Shown here one piece after another: positions 34,196-44,019 of a stretch of 45,531 bases of DNA. This DNA comes from a virus (Duplodnaviria; Caudoviricetes): IMG/VR virus record IMGVR_UViG_3300043394_000478, positions 1-45,531 of that record; one strand, 5' to 3'. The position numbers were made by a program, and so were the translations under genes. Under the pieces are notes generated by a model. That model was not told where the DNA came from. It worked only from the letters and a program-made list of their open reading frames with translations, and did not search any database. Every line of letters begins with the position of its first letter. The stretch's first letter is position 1.

Positions 34196-35601
34196 CTACG
34201 CCCCCCCCGCTGTCCGCGTCACAAATCGCGACGTTTCGCCAGTGCCCCCGCAAGTGGGCGTTTGAGAAGCTCGACAAGATCCCGCGTGAGTCTAGCCCCT
34301 CCGCGGAGCTCGGGTCCCGCGTGCACACGATACTAGAAGAGTGGCTCCGAGACGGGACCCCGCCGACCTTGAGCGAAGTTTTCACGTACCCGAACCCGAA
34401 GCGCGAGGCCGAGATCGTCACGCGCTACCCCGGCAAGATCGCCTACGCCGGGCTGCATTTTCTCCCCGCGCCGCGCACGCCGGGGCTCGATATCGAGGGC
34501 TGGCTTTCGATGCGCACGCCGGCGACGGCATGGACCGGACGGCTTGATCTACGCTACCGCGACGCGGACGGCACGGCGGTAGTGCATGATCACAAAACGA
34601 CATCATCACCGCGCTACGCCAAGACCGTCGAGACGCTGCGGCACGATCCCCAAGCGTTGATCTATGCCGCGTCCGAAATGGTCCGGCTCGACGTAGACCG
34701 CGTGCGTCTCGATTGGCTCTATCTGCCCACTGACGGGGGCAAAGCCTGGAAAGTCTCGCTCCCCGTTCTGCGCTCCGAGATCGAACCGGATCTTGATCGC
34801 ATCGAGGCCACCGCCGCGCTCATGCACCGCACGCGCGAAGCGGGCCTACCTGCCCGCGATGTTCCCGGCAACCCCGACGCGTGCGAAGCGTTCGGTGGGT
34901 GCCCGTACCTTTTGATCTGCGACCGCTCAACACTACAAACCGACCCGTTCCGAGGATTCAACATGACTGACATCACCGCACCCGACGCACTTGCCGCAAT
35001 GGACGCCCTACTCGCCAAGCTGAACGGCGGGGCCCCGCCCGCACCACCCCCACCGAACGTCGATCCGATCAACCCGCCCGACGCCCCGCCGGTCAGCAAA
35101 GATCTACCGCCCCCGCCACCGCCCGCGCCGCCCCCTGTCGTGACCGTACCGCTCGACGGGTATGCCGCGATGGAGCGGAAGGATTTGAAGACGCTCGCGG
35201 TCTCCCGCGGGTTGATCGACGAGAGCAGCAAAAAAGGTCGCGAGGCGTTGATCGCGCTGCTCATCGAACAGGACGGCGGGGCCCCGCCGCCCCCGCCCGC
35301 TGTCGTAGTCCCCGAGCCGCCGAGCGCCGCGGACATCGCAGGGCCGCCGCCCGCGCCGATCGTCCCCCCGGCACCTGTCGCACCCGTCGCCGTCCCGCCG
35401 CCCCTCCCCCCGCGAGCGCCCGCGCCTCAGCCGGAAGCCGCGCCCACCCCGCCCCCGGTCCAGCCATTGATCACTGCGGCGCACGAGGCGTTTTGGTCGA
35501 CCGTCTACGCCGCAAACGCTGCGCATGGACACGCCGCCGCGGAGGCCGCTGCGGATCTTGCGCTCAAGGCTCGCATCACGCGATTTGCGGGGGTGGTGTG
35601 A
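34192..35601 (+). CDS. PD-(D/E)XK (RecB/Cas4-like) exonuclease with Pro-rich C-terminal extension
   Basis: SASQI...CPRKW, GSRVH, GRLDL, DHKT, QALIY, C...GCPY...C. Confidence 0.85.
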   Translation: MTTPPPLSASQIATFRQCPRKWAFEKLDKIPRESSPSAELGSRVHTILEEWLRDGTPPTLSEVFTYPNPKREAEIVTRYPGKIAYAGLHFLPAPRTPGLDIEGWLSMRTPATAWTGRLDLRYRDADGTAVVHDHKTTSSPRYAKTVETLRHDPQALIYAASEMVRLDVDRVRLDWLYLPTDGGKAWKVSLPVLRSEIEPDLDRIEATAALMHRTREAGLPARDVPGNPDACEAFGGCPYLLICDRSTLQTDPFRGFNMTDITAPDALAAMDALLAKLNGGAPPAPPPPNVDPINPPDAPPVSKDLPPPPPPAPPPVVTVPLDGYAAMERKDLKTLAVSRGLIDESSKKGREALIALLIEQDGGAPPPPPAVVVPEPPSAADIAGPPPAPIVPPAPVAPVAVPPPLPPRAPAPQPEAAPTPPPVQPLITAAHEAFWSTVYAANAAHGHAAAEAAADLALKARITRFAGVV

Positions 35602-36224
35602 TGCGCTATTACACGCAAGCGGAAGAGGATCTCGGGGCCCTGCGTCGTCGGTGGGCCGGACTGTCCCCCGACGATATCGATCTCACGCCAGTGCAACGGC
35701 AGATAGTCACCGATCTGAACGTGCTTCTAGACCGGCTCGACGAGACGGAGACCGAAGCCTTGACCGGGCAAATGACCGAGGATCTTAGCATCCTGAACAA
35801 CTGGATCATGGTCGACGAAGACAACACCACGACCCGCGCGGACATCGATCGGGAGGTCGCGGCCGCCGCTAAGTACCTGCCGCCCGCGGGCGCCGCGGTG
35901 CTCAAGTACCTTGCACCGCTGCTTGTTCGCCTGCGGGATCCCGACTACCGCGGGATCAGTTGGTCCGAGCGAGATCCACGCAAGCGTTGGATCGGACTAC
36001 CCACGATCACCATGCGTGACGGATCAGAGATCGCGTACCCCGTCGCTCGGCTCGCGTTGCTGCTCTGGACCTACCGCCCGATCGACTTCACGGGGGATTC
36101 CCCATGGGGCGGAATACTGAGCGCGTGCGAGGACCCCGATGGCGAGTACATCGTGACCGTCGGATCTTTCACGCTCGACGCGGGCAACGCTTGCGAGCTT
36201 GCGGCGAAGGTGCGCAACGCGTGA
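35601..36224 (+). CDS. Hypothetical protein
   Basis: TGATG and GTGA coupling. Confidence 0.7.
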   Translation: MRYYTQAEEDLGALRRRWAGLSPDDIDLTPVQRQIVTDLNVLLDRLDETETEALTGQMTEDLSILNNWIMVDEDNTTTRADIDREVAAAAKYLPPAGAAVLKYLAPLLVRLRDPDYRGISWSERDPRKRWIGLPTITMRDGSEIAYPVARLALLLWTYRPIDFTGDSPWGGILSACEDPDGEYIVTVGSFTLDAGNACELAAKVRNA

Positions 36225-37864
36225 CCCGAGCCGTCCAAGATTCCGCCGACGTCCGGCGCGTGTCTGCACTCCCCCGGCGCGAATGGACCCCCGAGCAATC
36301 GGCCCTTCTTGCCGAGCGGATGACCGCCGCGCTCCGCACGCCGGCGGGGTCTTGGACGCTGCGCCCCGTGCAAGCGGTGGCGCTGGCCGAGATCGCACAA
36401 GGCCCCGGCGCGCTACTCCCGATCCGCGTCGGTGGCGGGAAGACTCTGATCAGCCTCCTCGCCGGCACCGTGTGCCGTGCAAAGCGGCCGCTACTACTCC
36501 TCCCCGCGCATCTCAGAGAGAAAACGCTGCGCGAATACGACGAACTGCGTGAGCACTGGCGCTTGCCCGCGTTCGTGCGGATCGAGAGCTATCAGCAGCT
36601 AAGCACCGTCGCGAGCGCGAGCATGCTCGAGGAATACGAGCCCGATCTCATCATCGCGGACGAAGCGCACTACCTGAAAAACACGAAAGCCGCGTGCACG
36701 AGGCGCATGCGGCGATACATCGAAGCGCACGAGGGGCGCGTGAAGTTCGTTGCGATGAGTGGCACGATCACGAAGCGGTCGATCGCAGACTTCGCGCACC
36801 TAGCACTATGGGCGCTGCACACTAGCAGCCCTGCGCCGACGCACTACCGAGCAATCGAAGAGTGGTCGCTCGCGCTGGACGCGAAGGTCCCCGACGGGCG
36901 CCGCCTCGAGCTGGGGGCCCTCGAGCGGCTCGGCCGCTACCGCGACCGTCTAGTGCAAACACCGGGGGTAGTCGCGACGCAAGAGCCGCCGCTTGCAATC
37001 CCGCTGATCATCCGCGGGGAGCTCGTCGAGGCCCCACCCGAGTGCGAGCGCGCGCTAGCGCACTTGCGCGCGACGTGGGAGACGCCCGACGGGCACCCGA
37101 TCGTCGACGGGATAGCAGCGTGGCGCCACGCTCAAGAGCTTGCCCTGGGGTTCTTTTACAGGTGGAACCCGAGGCCGCCGGCATGGTGGTTGATCGCGCG
37201 AAAAGCGTGGGTGGGCACGTGCCGTGAGATCCTCCGCACGAACCGCCGGAACTTGGACACGGAGTATCAGACGGTGCTGGCCGTGCAGTCGGGATACTAC
37301 CCTACCGCGCGCCCAGTGCTCGACGCTTGGCTCGCCGCTCGCGACAAGTTCGAGCCGAACACCGAGCCGGTGTGGCTGTCCGACCACGCGGTCAACCGGA
37401 TCGCGGCATGGATGGCCGAGGGCCCAGGCATCGTGTGGACCGCCCACCGCGCCCTCGGCCAGCGGTTCGGATCGCTCTACTACGGCCCCGAAGGGCTGAA
37501 CCCCGCCGGCCGCCCGATCGAGAAACACCCCAAAGGCGCGCCGCTCGTCGCCTCCGTCGCCGCGAACGGCACCGGTCGGAACCTGCAAGCGTGGAGCCGA
37601 AACTTGATCGCGTCCGCGCCGCCGTCAGGGTCCACGTGGGAGCAGCTGCTAGGACGCACACACCGCGAGGGGCAGCAAGCGCGGGAGGTCACCGCCGACG
37701 TGCTCTTTGGGTGCGTCGAGGCCCTCGAAGGGTTTTGGCGTGCAGTGCAGGACGCGGCTTATGCCGAGGAGGTCACCGGACAGTCTCAGAAGCTCACCCA
37801 CGCCGTGATTGACGTCCCCGAAGAATCGCCCACGGCCGGCGCGCAATGGGTGCGAAGTCCTTGA
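36221..37864 (+). CDS. SF2 (SNF2-like) helicase
   Basis: LRPVQ, VGGGKT, IADEAH, MSGT, GTGRNLQ, EQLLGRTHR. Confidence 0.88.
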   Translation: MTRAVQDSADVRRVSALPRREWTPEQSALLAERMTAALRTPAGSWTLRPVQAVALAEIAQGPGALLPIRVGGGKTLISLLAGTVCRAKRPLLLLPAHLREKTLREYDELREHWRLPAFVRIESYQQLSTVASASMLEEYEPDLIIADEAHYLKNTKAACTRRMRRYIEAHEGRVKFVAMSGTITKRSIADFAHLALWALHTSSPAPTHYRAIEEWSLALDAKVPDGRRLELGALERLGRYRDRLVQTPGVVATQEPPLAIPLIIRGELVEAPPECERALAHLRATWETPDGHPIVDGIAAWRHAQELALGFFYRWNPRPPAWWLIARKAWVGTCREILRTNRRNLDTEYQTVLAVQSGYYPTARPVLDAWLAARDKFEPNTEPVWLSDHAVNRIAAWMAEGPGIVWTAHRALGQRFGSLYYGPEGLNPAGRPIEKHPKGAPLVASVAANGTGRNLQAWSRNLIASAPPSGSTWEQLLGRTHREGQQAREVTADVLFGCVEALEGFWRAVQDAAYAEEVTGQSQKLTHAVIDVPEESPTAGAQWVRSP

Positions 37865-37908
37865 CGCGACCACCCGACCGCGTTAGATAACCCTACCCCT
37901 AGGGGTAG
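37861..37908 (+). promoter_or_regulatory. Promoter/operator copy 2: TTGACG-N17-TAGATA plus perfect 16-bp palindrome
   Basis: CGCGTTAGATAAC shared with 33094-33106; CTACCCCTAGGGGTAG at 37893-37908. Confidence 0.6.
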
Positions 37909-37937
37909 CAACCAACACAAAAACAAGGAGAATGATC

Positions 37938-38537
37938 ATGGGTTTTTTCGACGAAATTAGCAAAATCGACCCCGCCGGCAGCGGTGGAAACCGCTTGGGC
38001 GTAGGGCACTATGGCGCACTGAAGATCGCGAGCTGCGCCGTGGCGAACGGCTTCCACGGAGTGCGCTTCGTCGCCGAGTTCGAGGTGCTCGAGAGCACGG
38101 GGCCGAGCGCAACCGCGGCTGGCGAAACGGGTAGTTGGACTGCGCGCATTGACGGCACCTGGGCGAAGATCGGCCTTGGGGAGGTCAAAGCGTTCGTCGC
38201 GGCCGCGCTGGGGGCGAACCCTGACGACACCGCAGCGGTCAACGCGCTAGTGACCTCCGAACTCATGTCCGATGTGACGGAGCGCGCGCGGCTCGAGGGG
38301 CGGGTCGTGGGCTCCGATGCGTACGAAAAGGCGACGAAGACCGGACAAAAAATGGTCAAGCACACATGGCAGCCCGCGGCCGCGGGCGCCAGCGCACCGC
38401 CGCCGCCGGTCCCCGCCGTGGTCGCACCAGACCTCGCGTTCCCGCCCGCCGGGTGGACCGCACATCCCTCCGCTCCGGGGTATTACTACCGAGGGACCGA
38501 GGTACTGACCGAGGCCGCACTACGGGCGCGAGCGTGA
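37938..38537 (+). CDS. Putative single-stranded DNA-binding protein
   Basis: AAGGAG RBS; between helicase and polymerase; beta-rich core, Pro linker, PPAGWTAHP...YYY tail. Confidence 0.55.
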   Translation: MGFFDEISKIDPAGSGGNRLGVGHYGALKIASCAVANGFHGVRFVAEFEVLESTGPSATAAGETGSWTARIDGTWAKIGLGEVKAFVAAALGANPDDTAAVNALVTSELMSDVTERARLEGRVVGSDAYEKATKTGQKMVKHTWQPAAAGASAPPPPVPAVVAPDLAFPPAGWTAHPSAPGYYYRGTEVLTEAALRARA

Positions 38538-38758
38538 GTCAGGCCCACGCGTTGATCGAGGCTGCGCGGGGGCTGCTCGCCGAGCGCGGTGCTGTCACCC
38601 CCGCCGAACTCGCCCAGCGCGTGGGGTGCCTACCCGAGAGCGCGAGCAACGCCCTTCGCCGAATGTGGCGACGGGGCGTGCTCGTCCGACGCCCCGCGCC
38701 ACGTTCGGGGGCCCCCGGGGCTCGGGGGTACGTCTACGTCGAGACCCCCCGCGCGTGA
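38534..38758 (+). CDS. Winged-helix DNA-binding protein
   Basis: VTPAELAQRVG...ASNALRRMWRRGVLVR...YVY; GTGA coupling. Confidence 0.7.
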   Translation: MSQAHALIEAARGLLAERGAVTPAELAQRVGCLPESASNALRRMWRRGVLVRRPAPRSGAPGARGYVYVETPRA

Positions 38759-38976
38759 CGCGCCGGGGGTCGCCGATCGACGGGCACTACACACCGTGCC
38801 CACCCCCCGCGCCGATCTCTGAGAGCGTAGACGTAGACGACCCTCGGGACCTACACCCGTCCCACGGATGGCGCCCGCGCGCGGGCGCAGTCTGGCTTGA
38901 GTGCGCGCGCTGCTACATGCGCGATTATTTCCCCGGAGCGAACCAACAATGCACGATCTACGACAGACCAAAGTAA
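38755..38976 (+). CDS. Small Cys/His protein
   Basis: H...CARC...C; GTGA coupling. Confidence 0.5.
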   Translation: MTRRGSPIDGHYTPCPPPAPISESVDVDDPRDLHPSHGWRPRAGAVWLECARCYMRDYFPGANQQCTIYDRPK

Positions 38977-39179
38977 CTCGACACGGCGCGACGCTGCTAC
39001 TGAGCGAGGGTCGGTATGGTGAGATCCCCTGCGGGACCGAAACCGCCGCGCGGGCGTTTCTGTGCACGCTGCAGCGTACGGAAAGACTCCCGGGAGAGAC
39101 GCTACACATGTGGGTCTTGCGATGCGCGGAAGAGCACGAGTACCGCGCGGGGCGGATCCGCGCTGCGGTGAGCCCGTGA
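38949..39179 (+). CDS. Hypothetical protein
   Basis: Stop overlaps polymerase start (GTGA). Confidence 0.5.
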   Translation: MHDLRQTKVTRHGATLLLSEGRYGEIPCGTETAARAFLCTLQRTERLPGETLHMWVLRCAEEHEYRAGRIRAAVSP

Positions 39180-41068
39180 TCATCCCCTACTATTTCGATC
39201 TCGAGACATATCCGATCTGGCCCGGGCGCCTCGCCCCCCCTCCGGTGTGTCTGCAGGACGAAGCTGGGATCCACACAGGCGCCGCGTTGCTCGCGCGCTT
39301 TGAGCGCGCGCTGCGCGCGCCCGATTTCGTCTTCGTCGGACACGCTGTCGTGTACGACATGGCCGTCATGGCCGCAGCACGCCCGGACCTCCTCCCCGAG
39401 ATCTTCCGCGCGTTCGCCGCGGACCGCGTTGTCTGCACGCGCGTCCGTGAGAAGCTGCTCCGAATCGCGCAAGGTGCCGACAAGGACGGCCGCAAGTACG
39501 ATCTTGCGGCGTGTTGCGACGCGCACGACATCGATCACGGGTACAACGTAGATGCCCGGGGCGAGAAAGCCGAGCCGTGGCGAGTCCGGTACGCGGAGCT
39601 CGAGCACGTGGCCGTCGACGAGTGGCCCGCCGACGCACGCCGATACGCGATGCTTGACGTGACGAACTTGCGGCATCTATACGCCGCGCAAGAGAGCGCC
39701 GCGCTCTCGATCCGCGACGGTCAAGTGCTCGCCGATCAGTACCGACAGACACGCGCGGATTGGGCGCTGCACCTGATCACGTGTTGGGGAATCCGGACAT
39801 CGGCCGAGGCCGTGGAACTCCTCGCGGCTCGCGTCGAGAACGAACATACCGCCACGCGCGCGACGCTCACCAGCGCGGGACTTGTCCGGCCCAACGGGAC
39901 GAAGGACACCACCCGTACAAAGGCACGCATGGAGGCGACGATGACCGCGCGGGGGGTCGACATCCCCCGCACTGAAACGGGCGAGGTCTCGCTCGCGTCC
40001 GCGACGTGCACCGCGTCAGGCGACAAGATGCTTGAGGCGTACGCGCGGTACGGCTCGATCGGCACGTTGCGGTCCCGCACCGACCGACTACGCCACGGCA
40101 CCGCCACGCCGCTGCAGCCGCGATATGACGTTCTTAAAGAAACGGGTCGCACTAGCTGCACCCAGGGCGAAGCCAAGGCCGGCCAGCCAGTCAGCACTTG
40201 GGGCTTCCAAATTCAGAACGTCCATCGCGAGCCCGGTTTGCGCGAGTGCTTCGTCCCCCGCGAAGGCTATCTTCTCTGCTCATGCGATTGGTCCTCCGCT
40301 GAAATGCACACCGTCGCGCAAGTGTGCTTATGGATGGGCCTACAGTCACGCCTCGCGGACACGCTGAACGCGGGGCAAGACCCTCACCTCGTGCTCGCCG
40401 CCGCGATCCTAGGTTGGTCCTACGACCGCGCCAAGGCCGCGAAGTCTGGCGACGGGGGACACGTCGACGCGGCCGAGATCAAGCGGGCGCGGCAAATGGC
40501 GAAAGCCGGGAACTTCGGCTTCCCCGGCGGGATGGGGGCTGCCGCGTTCGTTGAATACGCCGCTGCGGGGTACGGCGTGCACCTGCGCCCGGTGGACGTT
40601 GCGGTTCTCAAAGACCGCTGGTTCGGGCGATACCCAGAGTTCCGTGGGTATTTTGAGATCGTTGCTAGGCAGGTCGACGAAGGTCGACCCGTCGAACATT
40701 ACATGTCGCGGCGGCTTCGGGGGGGCGCGACGTACTGCGCGACGTGCAACACGTACTTTCAAGGACTCGCGAGCGATATGGCGAAGTTCGCGGCATTCAA
40801 CCTCGCCGCCGCGTGCTACATCGGCGTGGGCCCGTTGCGCGACTGCCGCCCGGTGGCGTTCATTCACGACGAGTTTCTCGTTGAGGTCCCCGCGGGGTGG
40901 GCGCACGAAGCCGCCGCAGCCGTAAAGATGATCATGGAGGACGCCGGTCGCGCGTGGTGTCCTGACGTTCCTGTGCGAGCTGAGCCCGCGTTGATGCGCG
41001 CTTGGTCGAAGTCCGCCGAGCCCGTCTACAGGGACGGGCGTCTCACCCCGTGGGAGTCAATGAAATGA
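39176..41068 (+). CDS. Family A DNA polymerase with 3'-5' exonuclease
   Basis: FDLET, GHAVVYD, YAMLD; TGRTS, QN, motif A CDWSSAE, motif B RQMAKAGNFG, FQG, motif C IHDE. Confidence 0.92.
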   Translation: MIIPYYFDLETYPIWPGRLAPPPVCLQDEAGIHTGAALLARFERALRAPDFVFVGHAVVYDMAVMAAARPDLLPEIFRAFAADRVVCTRVREKLLRIAQGADKDGRKYDLAACCDAHDIDHGYNVDARGEKAEPWRVRYAELEHVAVDEWPADARRYAMLDVTNLRHLYAAQESAALSIRDGQVLADQYRQTRADWALHLITCWGIRTSAEAVELLAARVENEHTATRATLTSAGLVRPNGTKDTTRTKARMEATMTARGVDIPRTETGEVSLASATCTASGDKMLEAYARYGSIGTLRSRTDRLRHGTATPLQPRYDVLKETGRTSCTQGEAKAGQPVSTWGFQIQNVHREPGLRECFVPREGYLLCSCDWSSAEMHTVAQVCLWMGLQSRLADTLNAGQDPHLVLAAAILGWSYDRAKAAKSGDGGHVDAAEIKRARQMAKAGNFGFPGGMGAAAFVEYAAAGYGVHLRPVDVAVLKDRWFGRYPEFRGYFEIVARQVDEGRPVEHYMSRRLRGGATYCATCNTYFQGLASDMAKFAAFNLAAACYIGVGPLRDCRPVAFIHDEFLVEVPAGWAHEAAAAVKMIMEDAGRAWCPDVPVRAEPALMRAWSKSAEPVYRDGRLTPWESMK

Positions 41069-41523
41069 ACACGCCGCCCGATCGACTTGTCGCCATCGAC
41101 CCAGGGGTCCTAAATCTCGGATGGGCTCTATTCGAGCACGGGCGCTTGTCGCGCTGTGGGCTCAGCCAAGCGAGCAGCCCGGTTGAGCACGCGGGCAACA
41201 TCGCCGCTCTGTACCGGCCTGACGTCGTCGTGCTCGAGAAGATGACCGTCCGAGACATTCCGAACGCCCTCGATCTCCTCAACGTCACGGAAACCGGCGC
41301 GTTCGTCGCGGGGTCGCTGTTACCGGCGTTTCTGTACTCCGCGACGCCGAGCAGGTGGAAAGGCAACGTCCCGAAACTGATCCACCACGCGAGACTGGCG
41401 CGCGTTCTGACTGAGGGTGAACACGCGGTTGCGTTCGCGGACGTCGAACCCATCCGCGCGTCTCTGCAGCACAACGTGTGGGACGCGATCGGCCTCGGGC
41501 TATGGGGGCTCGGGCGCAAATGA
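41065..41523 (+). CDS. RuvC-like Holliday junction resolvase
   Basis: VAIDPG...GWA, VVLE, PSRWK, DAIGL. Confidence 0.8.
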   Translation: MNTPPDRLVAIDPGVLNLGWALFEHGRLSRCGLSQASSPVEHAGNIAALYRPDVVVLEKMTVRDIPNALDLLNVTETGAFVAGSLLPAFLYSATPSRWKGNVPKLIHHARLARVLTEGEHAVAFADVEPIRASLQHNVWDAIGLGLWGLGRK

Positions 41524-41699
41524 TCGTCGAGCACATCGAACTTCACGACGTCGTACGGTGCGAGCGGTGCCGAACCTTCGCGCCCGGCTGGACTGCGACG
41601 CTACACGAGACTGATCAGGGGCAACACGTCTACTCGATCCGGATCAACCTCACCGTATCACTCTGCTACGCCTGCACGCCCAAGGAGCCCTACACATGA
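41520..41699 (+). CDS. Small zinc-finger protein
   Basis: CERC...CYAC; ATGA overlaps at both ends. Confidence 0.65.
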   Translation: MIVEHIELHDVVRCERCRTFAPGWTATLHETDQGQHVYSIRINLTVSLCYACTPKEPYT

Positions 41700-42307
41700 C
41701 CGCCCTCGCCTTGATCGAAACCCAAGCGCCGAAGCTGACTTCGCTGGCAACCGTGTTGCCACTCGAAAGCCCGGCGGACATAGCTACCGCGACCGACGTA
41801 CTACGGCAGATCAAGACGCTCGAGAGGGCGCTAGAAGATGAGCGCAAGGCCCTCGTTGAGCCGCTCAAAAAGGAGAGCAGCGCGATCGACGCACGGTATA
41901 GGGAGCCCCGACGCGCGCTCGAACGGATCGAGGGGATGCTCAAGACGCGGATCGCGGAGGTGCACGCCGCCGCCGACCGGGCCCGGACTGCCGCGCTCGA
42001 GGCCGCCTCCGTTGCGGCCCGCGCGGGGGACCACGCCGCAGCGACGGAGGCGATCATGCAAGCTGCCGCGCCCGCACCCGAAACGCCCGGTGTGACCGTG
42101 CGTTACAAGTGGGCGCCGATGCTTGTCGATCAGTACGCGGTGCCTCGCGACTACCTGTCCGTCGACGTGACGAAGGTGCTCGCGACGGTCCCCGCCGACG
42201 GCAGTTCGCCGCCGAAAATCCCAGGAATCGAATGGCAACGCGAGCCGATCGTGACGGCACGGGCCGCCGCACCGGGCAACCCGCGTACACGCTGGGATGG
42301 ACAATGA
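41696..42307 (+). CDS. Coiled-coil phage protein (gp157-like C-terminus)
   Basis: LEDERKALVEPL...ID..Y..P coiled coil; VPRDYL...KIPGI. Confidence 0.6.
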   Translation: MTALALIETQAPKLTSLATVLPLESPADIATATDVLRQIKTLERALEDERKALVEPLKKESSAIDARYREPRRALERIEGMLKTRIAEVHAAADRARTAALEAASVAARAGDHAAATEAIMQAAAPAPETPGVTVRYKWAPMLVDQYAVPRDYLSVDVTKVLATVPADGSSPPKIPGIEWQREPIVTARAAAPGNPRTRWDGQ

Positions 42308-43566
42308 CCACGCGCCAGACCTTGATCTGCGGCAACAACCTTGAGCTACTCGCCCGCATGCCGGACTGTTCCGTGCATGCGGTTGTCACGGACCCGCCCT
42401 ACGGTTTCGGCTTCATGGGCAAGGACTGGGACAAGGCGCTACCCGATCCTCGAACCTGGTCCGAGTGCCTGCGCGTCCTCCGCCCCGGCGGACACCTCGT
42501 CGCCTTCGGCGCGCCTAGGATGTACCACCGACTGACTTGCCAGATCGAGGACGTGGGATTCGAGGTGCGCGACCAGCTGCTCTGGGTGTTTGGTTCGGGA
42601 TTCCCGAAGTCCCTCGACGTAAGCAAGGCGATTGACGCGGCAGCGGGCACGACGCGGGAGGTGGTGGGGCGCTACTATAAGCCGCGCAGCGAACCGGGTT
42701 ACAGCGGCGGTTACGTCCGACCGGCGTCAGTGGACATCACCGCCCCGGCTACGCCCGAGTCCGCAAAGTGGGCCGGTTGGGGAACCGCACTCAAGCCGGC
42801 CTACGAACCGATCGTGCTCGCGCGCAAGCCGCTCGACGGCACGGTAGTGCAGACCGTCCAGCGGTGGGGTACGGGGGCGCTGAATATCGACGGGTGCCGG
42901 GTCAAGACGGACGACGTCGAGGATAGGTCGCACCCACCACGCGCGCCTAATGCAATCCTAGGTGGGGGCAAAGGCACGAACCTGAACGCGTCCGAGCACA
43001 ACCCCGCCGGCCGCTGGCCCGCGAACTTGATCCTGGACGAGGCCGCGGGCGCGATGTTGGACGCGCAGAGCGGGACCGCGACGAGCAGCGGCCACGTGAG
43101 GCGCAACACGGGAACCACGTCGGTCGCGAGGGGTAAACATAAGACGCACACGGTCGGGGGTTTGGACGACGCCGGCGGAGCGTCCCGGTTTTTCTACTGC
43201 CCGAAGGCGTCCCGAAGTGAGCGCGAGGCGGGACTCGAGCACCTCCCGCCGCGCGTCGTAGACCCGTCCCGCGACCCCGAAGCGGCAGCACGCGACAACC
43301 CTCGCACGGGCGCCGGCCGAGCCGGCGACGGCCGCCGCAACAACCACCCCACCGTGAAGCCGATCGAACTCATGCGCTGGCTTGTCCGACTTGTGACACC
43401 GCCGGGCGGGATCGTGCTCGAACCGTTTGCGGGAAGTGGGTCAACGCTAGTCGCGTGCGCGCTCGAAGAGGTCAACGCGATCGGTATGGAAATCGACCCC
43501 GAGTACATCGAAATCGCACGCGCGCGGGTTGCGCACGCGCGGGCGGGAGGGGGCACCCATGACTGA
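42304..43566 (+). CDS. N6-adenine/N4-cytosine DNA methyltransferase, beta class
   Basis: VTDPPY, GFPKS, HPTVKP, LEPFAGSGST; ATGA coupling. Confidence 0.92.
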   Translation: MTTRQTLICGNNLELLARMPDCSVHAVVTDPPYGFGFMGKDWDKALPDPRTWSECLRVLRPGGHLVAFGAPRMYHRLTCQIEDVGFEVRDQLLWVFGSGFPKSLDVSKAIDAAAGTTREVVGRYYKPRSEPGYSGGYVRPASVDITAPATPESAKWAGWGTALKPAYEPIVLARKPLDGTVVQTVQRWGTGALNIDGCRVKTDDVEDRSHPPRAPNAILGGGKGTNLNASEHNPAGRWPANLILDEAAGAMLDAQSGTATSSGHVRRNTGTTSVARGKHKTHTVGGLDDAGGASRFFYCPKASRSEREAGLEHLPPRVVDPSRDPEAAARDNPRTGAGRAGDGRRNNHPTVKPIELMRWLVRLVTPPGGIVLEPFAGSGSTLVACALEEVNAIGMEIDPEYIEIARARVAHARAGGGTHD

Positions 43567-43936
43567 GCCAACGCTACGACAACTGTGCGAGCGTGTGATT
43601 GCAGCGTGGAGCGATTATCAATCAACGACTGTTCGATCGAGCCGGACCTGCGATGCATATCACGACGCGTGCTACACTCTCGGCAAGCGGCTACACATTG
43701 ATGCCAGCATGTGGAATGATCTTACTGCTAAAACGATCCTCGCCGCACTGAACGCTGCCGAAGAACAAGGCCGCGCACACGCGATGGCGAAAGTGGTGGA
43801 ACGCGGCGAAAGCAACGCGCGCCAGTGCTCTAGTTTCGCGCGCTCGGACCGGTACTTCGAGGGCCGGGAGGATGCGCTGGTCGGATTCGCCGACTGGGCA
43901 CGCGAAAGGCTACTCGAAATAGAGGAAAAAATATGA
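43559..43936 (+). CDS. Hypothetical protein (paralogue of the 1311-1496 remnant)
   Basis: GGAGG RBS; overlaps MTase stop. Confidence 0.7.
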   Translation: MTEPTLRQLCERVIAAWSDYQSTTVRSSRTCDAYHDACYTLGKRLHIDASMWNDLTAKTILAALNAAEEQGRAHAMAKVVERGESNARQCSSFARSDRYFEGREDALVGFADWARERLLEIEEKI

Positions 43937-44019
43937 GTACTTCCGCGGTAAGAAACATCACAACAGCTGACGACGCGTGCCGTGAAAACCCTACATGCAA
44001 AGTGATGGTGAGCCGATGA
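43933..44019 (+). CDS. 28-aa mini ORF
   Basis: GAGGA RBS; ATGA overlaps at both ends. Confidence 0.4.
   Translation: MSTSAVRNITTADDACRENPTCKVMVSR

Noticed and set aside
34192-34960. Cas4 as part of a CRISPR system
   Set aside because: No array or other cas genes; context is phage recombination and replication
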